From the human T2T-CHM13v2.0 reference genome, Homo sapiens: DNA of 64,000 bases. The translations under genes were made by a program, and so were the position numbers. How positions within the stretch are numbered: the first letter of the stretch is position 1; every line of letters starts with the position of its first letter. Below are positions 14,663-30,213 of the stretch, in pieces. The notes beneath the pieces were generated by a model, which ran no database searches, was not told the DNA's origin, and saw nothing but the letters and a program-made list of their open reading frames with translations. The stretch is taken from the NCBI GenBank assembly GCA_009914755.4, contig CP068257.2:44768001-44832000 (forward strand). Reading direction: 5' to 3'.

Positions 14663-15025
14663 CTAGATTCGCTTTTGATTTACCGATGGGGCGTTTGCCT
14701 TTCCCCTAGACACGTCACAACCCCAGGCTCTCAGCACCGTCCGTCGTCTGCTGGGACTGGGCTTAGTCGTGTGTTTCTGTCTGGGAGACTGTACTGAAGA
14801 CAGAATTCCTAGAGAATCACCCACATGTCACTCAGAAGTATTCTTCTCAGGCTTCAGAAATTTGCTTTAGCCAATGTTGTTTTAAAAGATGGGCGTTTTA
14901 CCCCGAATTGAAGTGACTTCATTTTCGGTGGGTTTTGACTGAATCACCATCAGGAGATGCACGTGTCATGCACCAGCCTCTGAGGTGCGGGGGTGTCCCC
15001 GTGTCTGTCCTGTTTGCATCCTTAG

Positions 15026-15255
15026 CTCTCCGGAAGGAAGTGGAGGATCTGACCAAAGAACAGTCGGAGACCAGGAAGCAGGCTGAGAAGGACCGCTCAG
15101 CCCTGCTCTCCCAGATGAAGATTTTGGAGTCTGAGTTAGAAGAACAGCTGTCTCAGCATCGCGGGTGTGCCAAGCAGGCGGAGGCCGTCACTGCCCTGGA
15201 ACAGCAGGTGGCATCTCTGGACAAGCATTTGCGCAACCAGCGGCAATTCATGGAT
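15026..15255 (+). CDS. PCNT: pericentrin coding exon 6; (A)LRKEVEDLTKEQSETRKQAEKDRSALLSQMKILESELEEQLSQHRGCAKQAEAVTALEQQVASLDKHLRNQRQFMD
   Basis: Acceptor tttgcatccttAG|CTCT; donor ATGGAT|GTAAGA. Phase 1 in, phase 0 out. Confidence 0.85.
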
Positions 15256-15774
15256 GTAAGAATTCTGAATAATACATTTTTTTGCATCACTAAAAGTTGC
15301 CGTTACAGCATGAACTTCTTTCCAGATCGTTACGTAAGCTTCTGCAGTAGGATGTTGAAGAGGGCGCCCCACACCTGCTGCACAGGTGCACCCAGGTCGC
15401 TGACTCTTGGTGGGTGTCTTCTTGCCCACATGTTGTGGCGCAGCCCTCTGAGGGCCACCTCCCATGGTCTTGCCATGCTCCTTCTCACAGTCACGGAGGC
15501 GTCACTTGGGGCCCGGGCTGGGCCTGTGCTGCAGCTCTCACTGGTTCTTGTCCTCCCACCCACCAGTCTCAGACGTTCCTCTGTGTTCCATGCAGAGAGC
15601 TGTTTTTCTTTACTTAACTCCATTTTACAAAGTGACTGTGATGAGGGGGGTATTTGGAGTCTGAGCTGCTGGGCAGTTGCACTTGTACGTGCAGTGGAAG
15701 CCTGGGTGGACCTTCGCTGCAAGGGGCACGCCAGCCCCGTTGGGGTGGTCCCAACACGCTGCCTCTCCTCCCAG

Positions 15775-15891
15775 GAGCAGGCAGCCGAGCGGGAGCACGA
15801 GCGCGAGGAGTTCCAGCAGGAGATTCAGAGGCTGGAGGGGCAGCTCCGCCAGGCGGCCAAGCCGCAGCCCTGGGGCCCTCGCGACAGCCAG
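15775..15891 (+). CDS. PCNT: pericentrin coding exon 7; EQAAEREHEREEFQQEIQRLEGQLRQAAKPQPWGPRDSQ
   Basis: Acceptor cctctcctcccAG|GAGC; donor AGCCAG|GTGAGT. 117 nt, phase 0 to 0. Confidence 0.85.
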
Positions 15892-16472
15892 GTGAGTCAG
15901 TGCAGCGTGCAGTGCTGCTGGTTGCTGTCTTTCACTGTGTTTTTAAGCTTTAACTTTCTTTAAATTTTTGCCTTCCATGTACATGAAATCGGCAGCAGGC
16001 GCCGCTGGATGGAGAGGTGAGGAGGCGTCAACGAGATGGGCACTCCCTGCGCTGGCGCCCAGGCTCCCCTGCGCTCGCTGGGACTGTCCTGCCACCCACT
16101 CGCTTTTCTTGCTCTTGTTTGGGCTGCAGCCATCTGCTTTCTCTCGTCTGAGGAAGCTGTAGTAGGTTCGTTTATTTTTTTAAAAAATTAATGGTGGATT
16201 CACACACAGTTGTAAGAGGTAAGACTCGGATCCCTCGTGCCTGGCACGTGGTTCCCCAGAGGTCTCATCCACAGAGCCGGAATGCAGTGTCACAGCCAGT
16301 ATGGGCAGGGATCTGGTGACGCTGCAGTGCCTTCTGCCCCCCACGGACCCTCGTGTACTGGGTCACGGCCATGCCGCCGTCCTTTCTCGGGCAACCACTC
16401 ATCTGTCGTCTATTTCTAAAACTTTACCATCTTCCTGATGGGTGAAGCGTGCCTGTCATCTTGGGGGATTGA

Positions 16473-16877
<405 letters not shown>

Positions 16878-16985
16878 TGTAGTATTCCATTCTTTTCTAT
16901 CAGAATAGATTTCATTTTCCTAACAAATTCTGTATTATAGAGAATGCCTTTCTTAACACAACATCACCCTATACTTCCTTTAGAT

Positions 16986-17790
16986 CTCTGTTCAGCCTCT
17001 GGGTCTAGGTCTCCCTGTGCAGCCTGTGGGTCTTGGTCTCCCCGTGCAGCCTGTGGGTCTGGGTCTCTGTTCAGCCTGTGGGTCTAGGTCTCCCTGTGCA
17101 GCCTGTGGGTCTAGGTCTCCCTGTGCAGCCTGTGGGTCTAGGTCTCCCTGTGCAGCCTCTGGGTCTGGGTCTCTGTGCAGCCTGTAGGTCTACGTCTCCG
17201 TGCAGCCTGTGGGTCTAGGTCTCCCTGTGCAGCCTGTGGGTCTGGGTCTCCCTGTGCAGCCTGTGGGTCTAGGTCTCCCTGTGCAGCCTGTGGGTCTGGG
17301 TCTCTGTTCAGCCTGTGGGTCTAGGTCTCCCTGTGCAGCCTGTGAGTCTGGGTCTCCCTGTGCAGCCTGTGAGTCTGGGTCTCTGTGCAGCCTGTGGGTC
17401 TAGGTCTCTGTGCAGCCTGTGGGTCTAGGTCTCCCTGTGCAGCCTGTGGCTCTAGGTCTCTCTCTGCAGCCTGTGAGTCTGGGTCTCTGTGCAGCCTGTG
17501 GGTCTGGGTCTCTGTGCAGCCTGTGGGTCTAGGTCTCCCTGTGCAGCCTGTGGGTCTAGGTCTCCCTGTGCAGCCTGTGGGTCTGGGTCTCTGTTCAGCC
17601 TGTGAGTCTGGGTCTCTTTTCAGCCTGTGGGTCTAGGTCTCCCTGTGCAGCCTGTGGGTCTAGGTCTCTGTTCAGCCTGTGGGTCTGGGTCTCTCTGTGC
17701 AGCCTGTGGGTCTAGGTCTCCCTGTGCAGTCTTTGCGTCTGGGTCTCCCTGTGCAGCCTGTGAGTCTAGGTCTCCCTTTGGGTCTAGGGG
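16986..17790. repeat. 25-27-bp minisatellite, ~30 copies (CCTGTGGGTCTAGGTCTCCCTGTGCAG)
   Basis: Tandem units with tAG/gGG and CCC/CTG variants. They translate in frame as PVGLGLPVQ repeats in the ORF track. Confidence 0.9.
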
Positions 17791-17901
17791 AGGGCATAGG
17801 GCATCTATTTTGTCTCTGTTGTTTTGGGTACTTTTTTGTTTGGAAAATGGGTTTTTATAAAACATTCTATTGTATTCCTCAAGCATTTTTTGTTGTTTTA
17901 G

Positions 17902-18108
17902 GTTGAGTTGTTACAACAAAAGTTGAGAGAAAAGTTGGATGAATTTAATGAATTGGCTATACAGAAAGAGTCGGCAGATAGACAAGTGTTAATGCAGGAA
18001 GAAGAAATTAAACGTCTGGAGGAGATGAACATCAACATCAGGAAAAAAGTGGCCCAGCTCCAGGAAGAAGTGGAAAAACAGAAAAACATCGTGAAAGGGC
18101 TGGAACAG
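17902..18108 (+). CDS. PCNT: pericentrin coding exon 8; VELLQQKLREKLDEFNELAIQKESADRQVLMQEEEIKRLEEMNINIRKKVAQLQEEVEKQKNIVKGLEQ
   Basis: Acceptor ttttgttgttttAG|GTTG; donor GAACAG|GTAAAG. 207 nt, phase 0 to 0. Confidence 0.85.
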
Positions 18109-18823
18109 GTAAAGCGTCTCCATGTTGTGGTTGGGCACGTGGTGAGGTGTCCCGCAGGCATGGCTTCATCGCTGAGCTGGCAGGGAGTGGGCAGGGCGTC
18201 CTTCTTCACTGGCAGCCACCACGTCTGCACCAGAAACACTGGCGTCAGGGAGAAACAGAAGTCATTGGTGACGGGTAGCAAGAGTACTTTGACCTTTCTG
18301 GAGATTGTTGATTTTATTTACTGTAGTAGGATTTATACAATTTCTTTATGTCTCAAGAACTCTGAATTTATCCTTAATATTTCATAAAGTAAACATTTAA
18401 GATTTTAGGTTTAAAAAAATCTTAGCTTATTAAATACTTTGATGAGAGCCCCTTGTAATTGTTTCAATCTTTGAGCTCAGGAACTCATGTCAGCTCCCAG
18501 TGAAGAGATCTCCAGTGATGGTTTTGCATTGCTGGTGTTTGCCGTGTTGTGTGTGTTCGTTTGTGTCTGAGAGTTTAAAGAGGGGCTGGAGCACTGAGCC
18601 AGGTGGGCCATCTCATGGCTGGAGGGGGCAGGGCTGCCTGTCTGCATTTCTGGGTAGCGGCTGTGCCCTCCATTGTGAGCATTTAGCTAAAAGGAATTCA
18701 GCTGACTTCTATGAGGTTAAAAGGTTACTTGAAAAGAGGCTCAGTAAGAAATTTGATTTTAGAATTAGTAGTTTGGCCTCAGACACAGATGAGAGGAGGA
18801 GTCTTTCTCAGGTGTGTCTGATT

Positions 18824-19155
<332 letters not shown>

Positions 19156-19861
19156 TGATGAGAATTATTAAACTGGGGCCTTTCCTCAGGCCCTGACGTG
19201 TTTCCGTTCCGCTGTCGCAGGGAGGACCGCTGAGCATCACCTGCACTTGGAGCGGAGTTGTCCCCCTGGCCGGCCACTGCACACATTTCAGTGACAGCTG
19301 CTCCAGGGCGGCTTCACCCCTTCTGCCTTCACTCAGCGAACGTTTACTGAGCTTAGTAGATGCCAGGGTTAGAAAATGTGTTTTTATCCCTTCGTGAAAT
19401 TTGGACTGTGTATGCAATTTTATATGTCATGCTCTTGCGCATGTAACGTATTGTGACCATTTTCGTCATATTAAATATTGTTTGAAAAATTTTTTCTAGG
19501 CAGGTAATATTCATTATATGAGCATACCATCAGCCATTGCCCTATTTTTTTTGGCAAGTTCTTGTCAGTTTTGAAAATATTGGTAATAGTTTGGTGAATA
19601 TTACTGTAGATAAATTCCTCACAGTGGACTCGGGCACAGGCTGTGGCTCTCAGTCACGTCCTGCACCAGGCAGGCCTCTGCTGGGAGGTGGCTGGGTCCT
19701 GGGTGCCAGTGTTGCCTGGTGTGTCACTGAGTGCAGGGGCGTGCAGGTCCACCTGCTCTGCTTCAGGTGCAGCTAAAGATGGTCTGTGCTTTAACAGGCA
19801 GCAGTTGAGGTACTGAATTCCCAAATATTTGCCTAAAATAGAGTTCTTTTTTTTTTAATAG

Positions 19862-20032
19862 GATAAAGAGGTGTTAAAGAAACAGCAGATGAGTAGCTTG
19901 CTTCTGGCGTCCACGTTGCAGTCTACACTAGATGCAGGCAGATGTCCCGAGCCTCCTTCGGGCAGCCCTCCTGAGGGTCCAGAAATACAGTTAGAGGTGA
20001 CACAGAGAGCACTCCTGCGGCGCGAGAGCGAG
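19862..20032 (+). CDS. PCNT: pericentrin coding exon 9; [57 protein letters not shown]
   Basis: Acceptor ttttttttaatAG|GATA; donor GAGCGAG|GTGAGT. 171 nt, phase 0 to 0. Confidence 0.8.
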
Positions 20033-20137
20033 GTGAGTGCAGAGTGGGGCCATGGGACTGCCAGCCCTGGGTCAGTGTCCAGTGGGCTTCTCTGTGGCAG
20101 ATCCGATGTCCAGATAACACAGACGATGGGCTTGTGA

Positions 20138-20463
<326 letters not shown>

Positions 20464-20642
20464 TGACCACTGTGTATTCTTTGCAGTTTTACCATTTGTG
20501 TGCGGGTACAGGTACAGGGTAGTAATTGCTTTAGGCATGTGCATTTAAATATCTCAAAGCTATTTTAATAATGTCTTAATTATTAATATTAATAGAATAT
20601 TAGATGACTTTTAATACTTTTCTTCTTTTGTTTTAATGAAAG

Positions 20643-20795
20643 GTTTTGGACTTAAAAGAACAGCTAGAAAAGATGAAAGGTGACTTAGAAAGTAAAAATG
20701 AAGAAATACTACATCTGAACTTAAAATTGGACATGCAGAACAGCCAGACTGCTGTCAGCCTCAGAGAACTTGAGGAAGAGAACACGAGCTTGAAG
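20643..20795 (+). CDS. PCNT: pericentrin coding exon 10; VLDLKEQLEKMKGDLESKNEEILHLNLKLDMQNSQTAVSLRELEEENTSLK
   Basis: Acceptor cttttgttttaatgaaAG|GTTT; donor TTGAAG|GTAAGC. 153 nt, phase 0 to 0. Confidence 0.8.
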
Positions 20796-21399
20796 GTAAG
20801 CTACCAAAGGTCCACGTGACGCCCGAGTTCATGTTGCTTATGCCGGTGCCGAGCGGCCACCAAGACCCTCATCGGGGAGGCGAGTCTCTGGTCTTCACAG
20901 ACGCCCGTGGCCCCCATGTGGCAGACAGTGCAGAGAGCGCCCGATTCTGCCTGGGGACATGTGCATGGAAGCAGCTTTCTAGGGATCTTGAGTGAGGAAC
21001 CAGCGACCCCTGCCCCAAACTGCTTTCTGATTGCAGCACTGATAGGGATCTGAGGAGAGGCACTTCCCTAGGGCAGCACCCCAGGGCTGTGAGAGGCGTG
21101 AAGCTATTGGGCTGTTGGTGGCTTGCTCTTCTCAAGGAGGTGACTTGAGTAAGTGGCTACTCACTGTTTCTCTTCCCACTGGCATGATGGGAAAAAAATC
21201 TTAAGAACAAATTTTTTTTTAAATTTTTGTGAGTACATAGTAGGTGTATATTAAAAAATCTATTTTTAAATCTTTTATTTTAATGTAGCCGTGCTTTTGA
21301 AGCAAAAAAGAAAACCAAAACCAACCTGTTTATAGTAGAGATGATATTCAAAATTGCAGAGCATTCATAACTTCACAGATGCCCTTGAAAGACCTTGTG

Positions 21400-22362
21400 T
21401 AGAATCGTGTGTGTGGTGCCCACACAACACGTGCTCAGTGAATGAACACAGCGTGGGAGAATTAGTGTGTGTGGTGCCCACGCGGCGCGTGCTCAGTGAA
21501 TGAACACAGCGTGGGAGAATTGTGTGTGTGGTGCCCACGCGGCGCGTGATTGGTGAATGAACACAGCGTGGGAGAATTGTGTGTGTGGTGCCCACGCGGC
21601 ACGTGCTTGGTGAATGAACACAGCGTGGGAGAATTGTGTGTGTGGTGCCCACGCGGCGTGTGCTCGGTGAATGAACACAGCGTGGGAGAAGTGTGTGTGT
21701 GTGGTGCCCACGTGGCACATGCTCGGTGAGTGAACACAGCGTGGGAGAATCGTGTGTGTGTGGTGCCCACGTGGCACATGCTCGGTGAATGAACACAGCG
21801 TGGGAGAATCGTGTGTGTGTGGTGCCCACGCGGCACGTGCTTGGTGAATGAACACAGCGTGGGAGAATAGTGTGTGTTTGGTGCCCACGCGGCGCGTGCT
21901 CGGTGAATGAACACAGCGTGGGAGAATTGTGTGTGTGGTGCCCACGCGGCACGTGCTCGGTGAATCAACTCAGCGTGGGAGAATCGTGTATGTGTGGTGC
22001 CCACGTGGCGTGTGCTCGGTGAATGAACACAGCGTGGGAGAATTGTGTGTGTGGTGCCCACGCGGCGCGTGCTCGGTGAATGAACACAGCGTGGGAGAAT
22101 TGTGTGTGTGGTGCCCACGCGGCGCGTGCTCGGTGAATGAACACAGCGTGGGAGAATTGTGTGTGTGTGGTGCCCACGTGGCGCGTGCTCGGTGAATGAA
22201 CACAGCGTGGGAGAATTGTGTGTGTGGTGCCCACGCGGCGCGTGCTCGGTGAATGAACACAGCGTGGGAGAATTGTGTGTGTGTGGTGCCCACGTGGCGC
22301 GTGCTCGGTGAATGAACACAGCGTGGGAATGCTCCCTGAGTGAACACAGCGTGGGAGAGTCT
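21400..22362. repeat. 57-61-bp minisatellite, ~16 copies (CCCACGCGGCGCGTGCTCGGTGAATGAACACAGCGTGGGAGAATTGTGTGTGTGGTG), ending in a (CAA)n-like tract
   Basis: Tandem units. The long minus-strand ORFs here (up to 285 aa, HT/PRGHHTH-rich) are repeat artefacts. Confidence 0.9.
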
Positions 22363-22804
22363 CAAAAAACAACAACAATAACAACAAAAAAAATTTTCAA
22401 ATTGATTTTCCATTTTTCCAATTTAAAACTGTAGGCTTATTTAATTAGGACATTTCATATCTGTAGGGTCAGTGGAATATTTCCCTATTAAGGTTCTGTC
22501 GGCTCTGTTTTGATATGGTTGTTGTTATTACCATTTCCACCGGCATTTCTGCCCAACAAAGAAGAGGAGATAGTGCGTGTGAACGAGCAGCTCTGGGCAC
22601 CGCAGGTTTACCTCGGCGAGGTACGCCACTCCCTGGTGCTGGGGGAGAAGGGGCTCTTCTCACGCTTCTGGCTACGCCTGCGTCTCCTGTACGAAGTCCT
22701 CATAGTTTCTGGGTGTGATTGACTGGGGCCTTGGCTTTCCAGGATGACAGTCTTCTGTTTCCTCATACAATATTTATAATACTTTTCAAAATTAATTTTA
22801 TCAG

Positions 22805-23378
<574 letters not shown>

Positions 23379-23404
23379 AATTTTGGAGGGGACCATAGAA
23401 GTAA

Positions 23405-23842
<438 letters not shown>

Positions 23843-25459
23843 AATGCCTTTAAAAACCATTGATTACTTTTCAGAAGAAGTTGTATTATTTGTCTATAGT
23901 GCTCTAGAACTTGACCTCTAACTATAATCTTATATAATGAAAAATATATAAAAAATAGTTTACATGTTAAGGACAGTATTTTTGTTCCATTAAGAATTGA
24001 AAGCTTTTTAAGGACAATCCCCAATATTTTCTTGTGGGATTTTTCTTACAGATATGTGCAAATTCGTACATCCTTCATTTTCTGTAATTCTCCTAATTTT
24101 TTGTAAAGATGCAGATGCTATTTTGCTTTATATAATAAAGAAAAGTAAAATTCCATTTAAAGGTTTGACTCTTGTTAGGTTTCCAGTTATTTCAAGGAAA
24201 CCACATTTGCTGTATTCTACCCTATTTTATGTCAGTGAAGATGTTTGTCTTCTAGAAGCGTCTTTTACACTTGTGGGGAAACGGAGCTCCCGTCTCCCTG
24301 GCGTGGTCGTGGTTGTTGTCACTTGTTCTGTACTGCCGTCCTCCGGGGCTCCAGCCATCCTAACACCTCATCCTCAATGTGGGCCCTCCCTCCCTGTGTG
24401 GCTTATTCTAACTCTGGGGTTAGTGATGTTTCTTTAATTTTACCATTTACTTCTCCCTTATTCTACAGGTTTTAATAAAGAGGTCTCACGTCTTTTGTTA
24501 AATTTATCCTTAAATATTTTAGGTTTTTTGCACTATTGTAAGTGAGATTTAAAATAATTATCTAGTTGTTTACCGTGAATACACATACACCTTTTGTATG
24601 TTAACCTTGCTGTTACCTTGCACAATTTATGTATATTAGTAGCGTTTTGTGGATTCCTGAAGGCTTTTTATGTATAAGATAACATCATCTTCAGATAAAG
24701 ACAGTTTTATTTCTTTCCAATTTTTGTTACTTCCTTCTTTTATTACAATGTCTAGCACTCCCAGTACAAAGTTAAAACTGGCTAGGGCAGTCATCTTTGC
24801 CCAGCTCCTTGTCTTACAGGGAAGTGGTCAGTGTTTTGCCATTAAGTATATTAGCTTTAGGTTTTTCACAGGTGCCTTTTTATCAGATCAAGGAAGTTCT
24901 GTTATATTTCTAGTTTGCTTTTTCTGGATCTATTGAAATAGTGATGATATTTTTCTCTTTTATTCTACTAATAAGGTTAACTTTATTGAGTGATTTATTT
25001 CTTGGAGATTAAACTAACCTTGCGGTTCTAGGATAAACCATACCTGGTAGTGATGTACTGCCCTTTTCATATGTTACAGATATTACTGAATTTGATTTGC
25101 TAATATTTTGTTAATGGTTTTTGCATCTGTGTTCATGAGGGATGTTGGTGCATAATTGTCTTTTCTTGCAGTGTTCCCTAAGGCTTTGTATGAAGGTTAT
25201 GTTAGTCTCATAAAATAGATTGGGAATTTTTTCACTTTCTTTTCTGAAAGAGGTTATTTAACATAGCTGGGATTTCTTCTTTGAATGTTTTCATAGCATC
25301 AACAATGAAGCCATTTGGAGTTTTATATCTAGAGAGATTGATGGTAATTAATTTTCTTTAACAGACTGAGGTATTTGGATTTCTGTTTCATGTTGTGATA
25401 AGTTGTATTTTTCAAGGAACTTGTGCATGTCATCAAAATTGTCAAATTTCTTTGCATAA

Positions 25460-25785
<326 letters not shown>

Positions 25786-26865
25786 CTATACTTTCTCATT
25801 TTGTAACTGTTCACCTTATTAACCATTTCCTTACTTGCCATTGAATATCTGCAGGTTTTATGCTGATGGCCCTCCTTTTATTCCTGATATTAGTGAGTTC
25901 GTGTTTTCTCTTTTATTCTTGAGTCTCTCTAGCTAGTAGTTTATCCATGTTGTCAGTGTTTTCAAAGAATCAGCTTTTGGCTCTGATACTTTTCTCTCTT
26001 TATTTCTTTGATTTCTCCTCTTATTTTCATTATTGGCTTCCTTCTATTTACCTTGGGTTTATTTTCTCTTCTTTTTCTAGCTTTTTCAGATAGAACCTTA
26101 GGTCATTGATTATAGATACTTATTTTTCAGTATAACAATTTAAGTTTTTTGTTTTTAGACTTCGTGCATAGTAAAATTAGTTTTTTTTAGTATACAGTTT
26201 TATAAATTTTGAAAAAAGGATTTAGTCCTGTAATAATCACCACAATCTCATCACTCAAAAAATTTTCTTTGTGCTGTTTCTTTGTGGCCACCCATCAGGC
26301 CTGCTGTCTTCCTGTCTGGAATTCTGTTTCGAGTCAGGTGTTGTAATGCACTGGAAATTGATGCATGCTGTCGCCTGTGTCTGTTCCTTTAGTTGCTGAG
26401 TACTGTTGTCTGGATGGACCACAGTTTGTTGATCCATTCACCCATCGAGGGACATTTGGATAGTTTCTAGGTTTTGGCAGTGATGAATCGAGCCACCATA
26501 AACTTTCATGCATAGCTTTTTGGGAGAAAATAAATGTTCACTTCTTTCGGTTCAGTACTTAAACTGAATGCATGGCTGATTCATGTGTAAGTATATATTT
26601 AACCTTAAAAGAAACTGTCAAACTGTTTTCTATAGTTGCACTACCGTTTTACATTCCACCAGCAATAGATGAGTGTTCCGGGTAACCACGTTCTCATCAA
26701 CATTTGGTAAGGTCAGTCTTTTTTTCTAGACATTCTGGTAGATATGTAGTGGTATATCCTAGAGTTTTGTATTTCCTTAATGACTAGTGATCTTGAGCAT
26801 CTTTTTCTATGCTATTTGCCATCCATATTGTGGGGGAAATGTTTGCTTAAGTCTTTCAGAAAGTT

Positions 26866-27230
<365 letters not shown>

Positions 27231-27325
27231 TGAACGCTTTTTTTTGATACATGATTTGCAGGTATTTTCTCCCAATGTATGGCTGGTCTTTTCATTCTCT
27301 TAACAGTATGTTTTGCAGAGCAAAA

Positions 27326-27632
27326 CTTTTTACTTTTTTTTTTTTTTTTTTTTTGACAGAGTCTCTCTCTGTTGCCCAGGCTAGAGTTCAGTAGCGCATT
27401 TTTGGCTTGCTGCAACCTCCGCCTCCCAGGCTCAAGCAGTCCTCCTGTCTCAGCCTCCTGAGTAGCTGGGATTACAGGCACCCGCCACTATGCCCAGCTA
27501 ATTTTTGTATTTTTAGTAGAGACGGGGTTTCTCCATGTTGGTCAGGCTGGTCTCGAACGCCTAACTCAGAAGATCCGCCTGCCTTGGCCTCCCAAAGTGT
27601 TGGGATTACAGGCGTGAGCCACTGTGCCCCAC
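27326..27632 (-). mobile_element. Alu SINE (antisense)
   Basis: Poly(T), then GACAGAGTCTCTCTCTGTTGCCCAGGCTAGAGTTCAG...GGCGTGAGCCACTGTGCCCCACC. Confidence 0.85.
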
Positions 27633-27759
27633 CAGATTATACTTTTGAAGTTCTGAGAGCTCTTTCCCTAGCCCAATTTTCCTGAGAAATTTCATAGTTT
27701 TACTTTGCATTCAGGTCTCCTTGAATATGCTTGCATACGCTTTTTGCTTTTTATTTTTC

Positions 27760-28040
27760 TTTTTTGACACTATCTTGCTCTGTCGCCCAGGCTGCGGTGC
27801 AGTGGCGCAGTCTCGGCTTACCGCAACCTCTGCCTCCAGAGTTTAAGTGATTCTCCCACCTCAGCCTCCTGAGTAGGTGGAACTACAGGTGCCCACGCCC
27901 GGCTAATTTTTGTATTTTTACTAGAGACCAGGGTGCACCGTGTCGGCCAGGCTGATCTTGAACTCCTGTGCTCAAGTGATCTGCCTGCCTCAGCCTCCCA
28001 AAGTGCTGGGGTTACAGACGTGAGCCACCGCGCCCGGCCT
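27760..28040 (-). mobile_element. Alu SINE (antisense)
   Basis: TTTTGACACTATCTTGCTCTGTCGCCCAGGCTGCGGTGCAGTGG...GACGTGAGCCACCGCGCCCGGCC. Confidence 0.85.
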
Positions 28041-29334
28041 CAGTTCACTGATTTCAGGTTTTGGTGTTTTACATTTAGAGCTACCTTCGTATGCTGGCTC
28101 CAGTATTTTAACGTGATATATGCGTTGTGATTATGACCGTCTTCAGTGCGCACCCCTTGATTCCAGTTTATTTAGTGCATTTAGGGAATGAGCAGAAGCT
28201 GCGTATAATCAGAATTGTCCTCGAAATTCCTTCGCGTGCCTGTAGAGTACAGAGACAACGGCCGGTGCCGCACACAGTAAGGCACGCGACGGGGAGCAGA
28301 ATGTGCAGCGGGCATTCCTAGCCCGCAGCTGGGAGGCTGCTTTTGCTAAATGCATGGTGTTGTTCATCGGTGGTAAATGCATAGGAAGGTGTTGTTGACA
28401 GCGTCCAAACCAAAGCCACAGGTTCATCCGGTTCCTTTGTTTTTTTTCTGTAGGCCAGATTTGCATTTGAGTCCAGAGTAATTGTGAGGTAGTTCCAGAG
28501 AAACCTGGAGTTGTTATGAAACCCTCAGTTTTTTGGAAGAACATATTAGTCTATAACAAATAGTTTTAAAATTGTTAGAGCACAAATGGATTAGAATTTT
28601 TCTATTTTTTGTCATTACCAGGAATGTTATCTTAAGAGAATAGAGTTTGGAGCTATATTGACATACATCTCAATCCTAATTTTCCACTTACTGTTTTTAT
28701 GGGTTTAGAAAGATGTTTAATATCTCAGTTTCAATTTTCCTGTCTTTAAAGTGGAAACAATCGTATTTCCTTACATGGCTGAGGATTATGTTTCATGGCA
28801 CAAGTAAACTCACTTCGATGCCTGGTGTCACCGAGTGGCAGTGGCAGAGACGCCTCATCACCAGCGTCACCACGAGCAGTGTTGGGATGGAAGGGGAGCG
28901 TGCCCGGCTCACCGCTTTGTTGGTGCAGATTCTCTGCCTAGGTTTCTTACTTTCCTCCTGGAGTCAGAATGACACCTAAAATCTAATGCACCTTCAGGAA
29001 AATCAAACAAATCAAAGTTGTTTAAATATTAACAAAATAACATTTAAAGGGTGGTGAAAGCATCATTCTGTAGACGTCCTTGCATGGAAAATGACTGCAT
29101 TAGAGCTTCGTCCCACGATCAGACGTGGAGCACAAGGTGTGCACCAGGGCCCAGTGGCAGCCAAGGTGGGTGTGGAGTGCATCCGGCACCAGCAGTTTGC
29201 TTCTATGGCTGCTTTGTTTTTCACGCTATGGAGTCTTCACTCCAAGAATGCATTCAGGATGTAACGTGCCCTGAAGTAGGGACATTCGGAAGTGGATACA
29301 TTTAATTTGCCTCTGAAATGTCCTCTCTCTTCAG

Positions 29335-30213
29335 GTCATATATACCAGAAGTTCTGAGATTGAAGAGCTGAAAGCCACTATTGAAAATCTGCAAGAGAAT
29401 CAGAAACGATTACAAAAGGAGAAAGCAGAGGAAATTGAACAACTCCATGAAGTCATTGAGAAGCTGCAGCACGAGCTGTCCCTCATGGGGCCTGTGGTGC
29501 ACGAAGTCAGCGACAGTCAGGCTGGCAGTCTGCAGAGCGAGCTGCTCTGCTCCCAGGCCGGGGGCCCTCGTGGGCAGGCCCTACAGGGCGAGCTCGAGGC
29601 TGCGCTGGAAGCCAAGGAGGCCCTGAGCCGGCTGCTGGCTGACCAGGAGCGCAGGCACAGCCAGGCCCTGGAGGCCCTGCAGCAGCGCCTCCAGGGCGCA
29701 GAGGAGGCTGCGGAGCTACAGCTGGCTGAGCTGGAGCGCAATGTAGCCCTCAGGGAGGCTGAGGTCGAAGACATGGCCTCCCGGATCCAGGAGTTCGAAG
29801 CGGCCCTGAAAGCAAAGGAAGCGACGATTGCCGAGAGAAATTTAGAAATCGACGCTCTGAACCAGCGGAAGGCGGCCCACTCTGCCGAGCTGGAGGCCGT
29901 CCTGTTGGCCTTGGCCCGCATCCGCCGCGCCCTGGAGCAGCAGCCCCTGGCAGCCGGGGCGGCGCCTCCCGAGCTGCAGTGGCTCCGAGCGCAGTGTGCC
30001 CGCCTCAGCCGCCAGCTGCAGGTGCTGCACCAGCGGTTCCTGAGGTGCCAGGTGGAGCTGGACAGGCGGCAGGCCCGCAGAGCCACAGCTCACACACGGG
30101 TGCCCGGGGCCCACCCACAGCCTCGCATGGATGGTGGCGCCAAGGCCCAGGTCACCGGCGACGTGGAGGCCTCCCATGATGCTGCTTTGGAGCCGGTTGT
30201 CCCTGACCCACAG
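29335..30213 (+). CDS. PCNT: pericentrin large coding exon 11 (293 codons); VIYTRSSEIEELKATIENLQENQKRLQKEKAEEIEQLHEVIEKLQHELSLMGPVVHEVSDSQ...RMDGGAKAQVTGDVEASHDAALEPVVPDPQ
   Basis: Acceptor tcctctctcttcAG|GTCA; donor CCACAG|GTGGGC. Uninterrupted 879-nt open frame with coiled-coil composition. Phase 0 to 0. Confidence 0.85.

Noticed and set aside
21365-22413. Minus-strand ORFs up to 285 aa (HT/PRGHHTH-rich) and + strand ORFs over the 60-bp minisatellite
   Set aside because: These are pure periodic translations of the tandem unit. I rejected them as coding.
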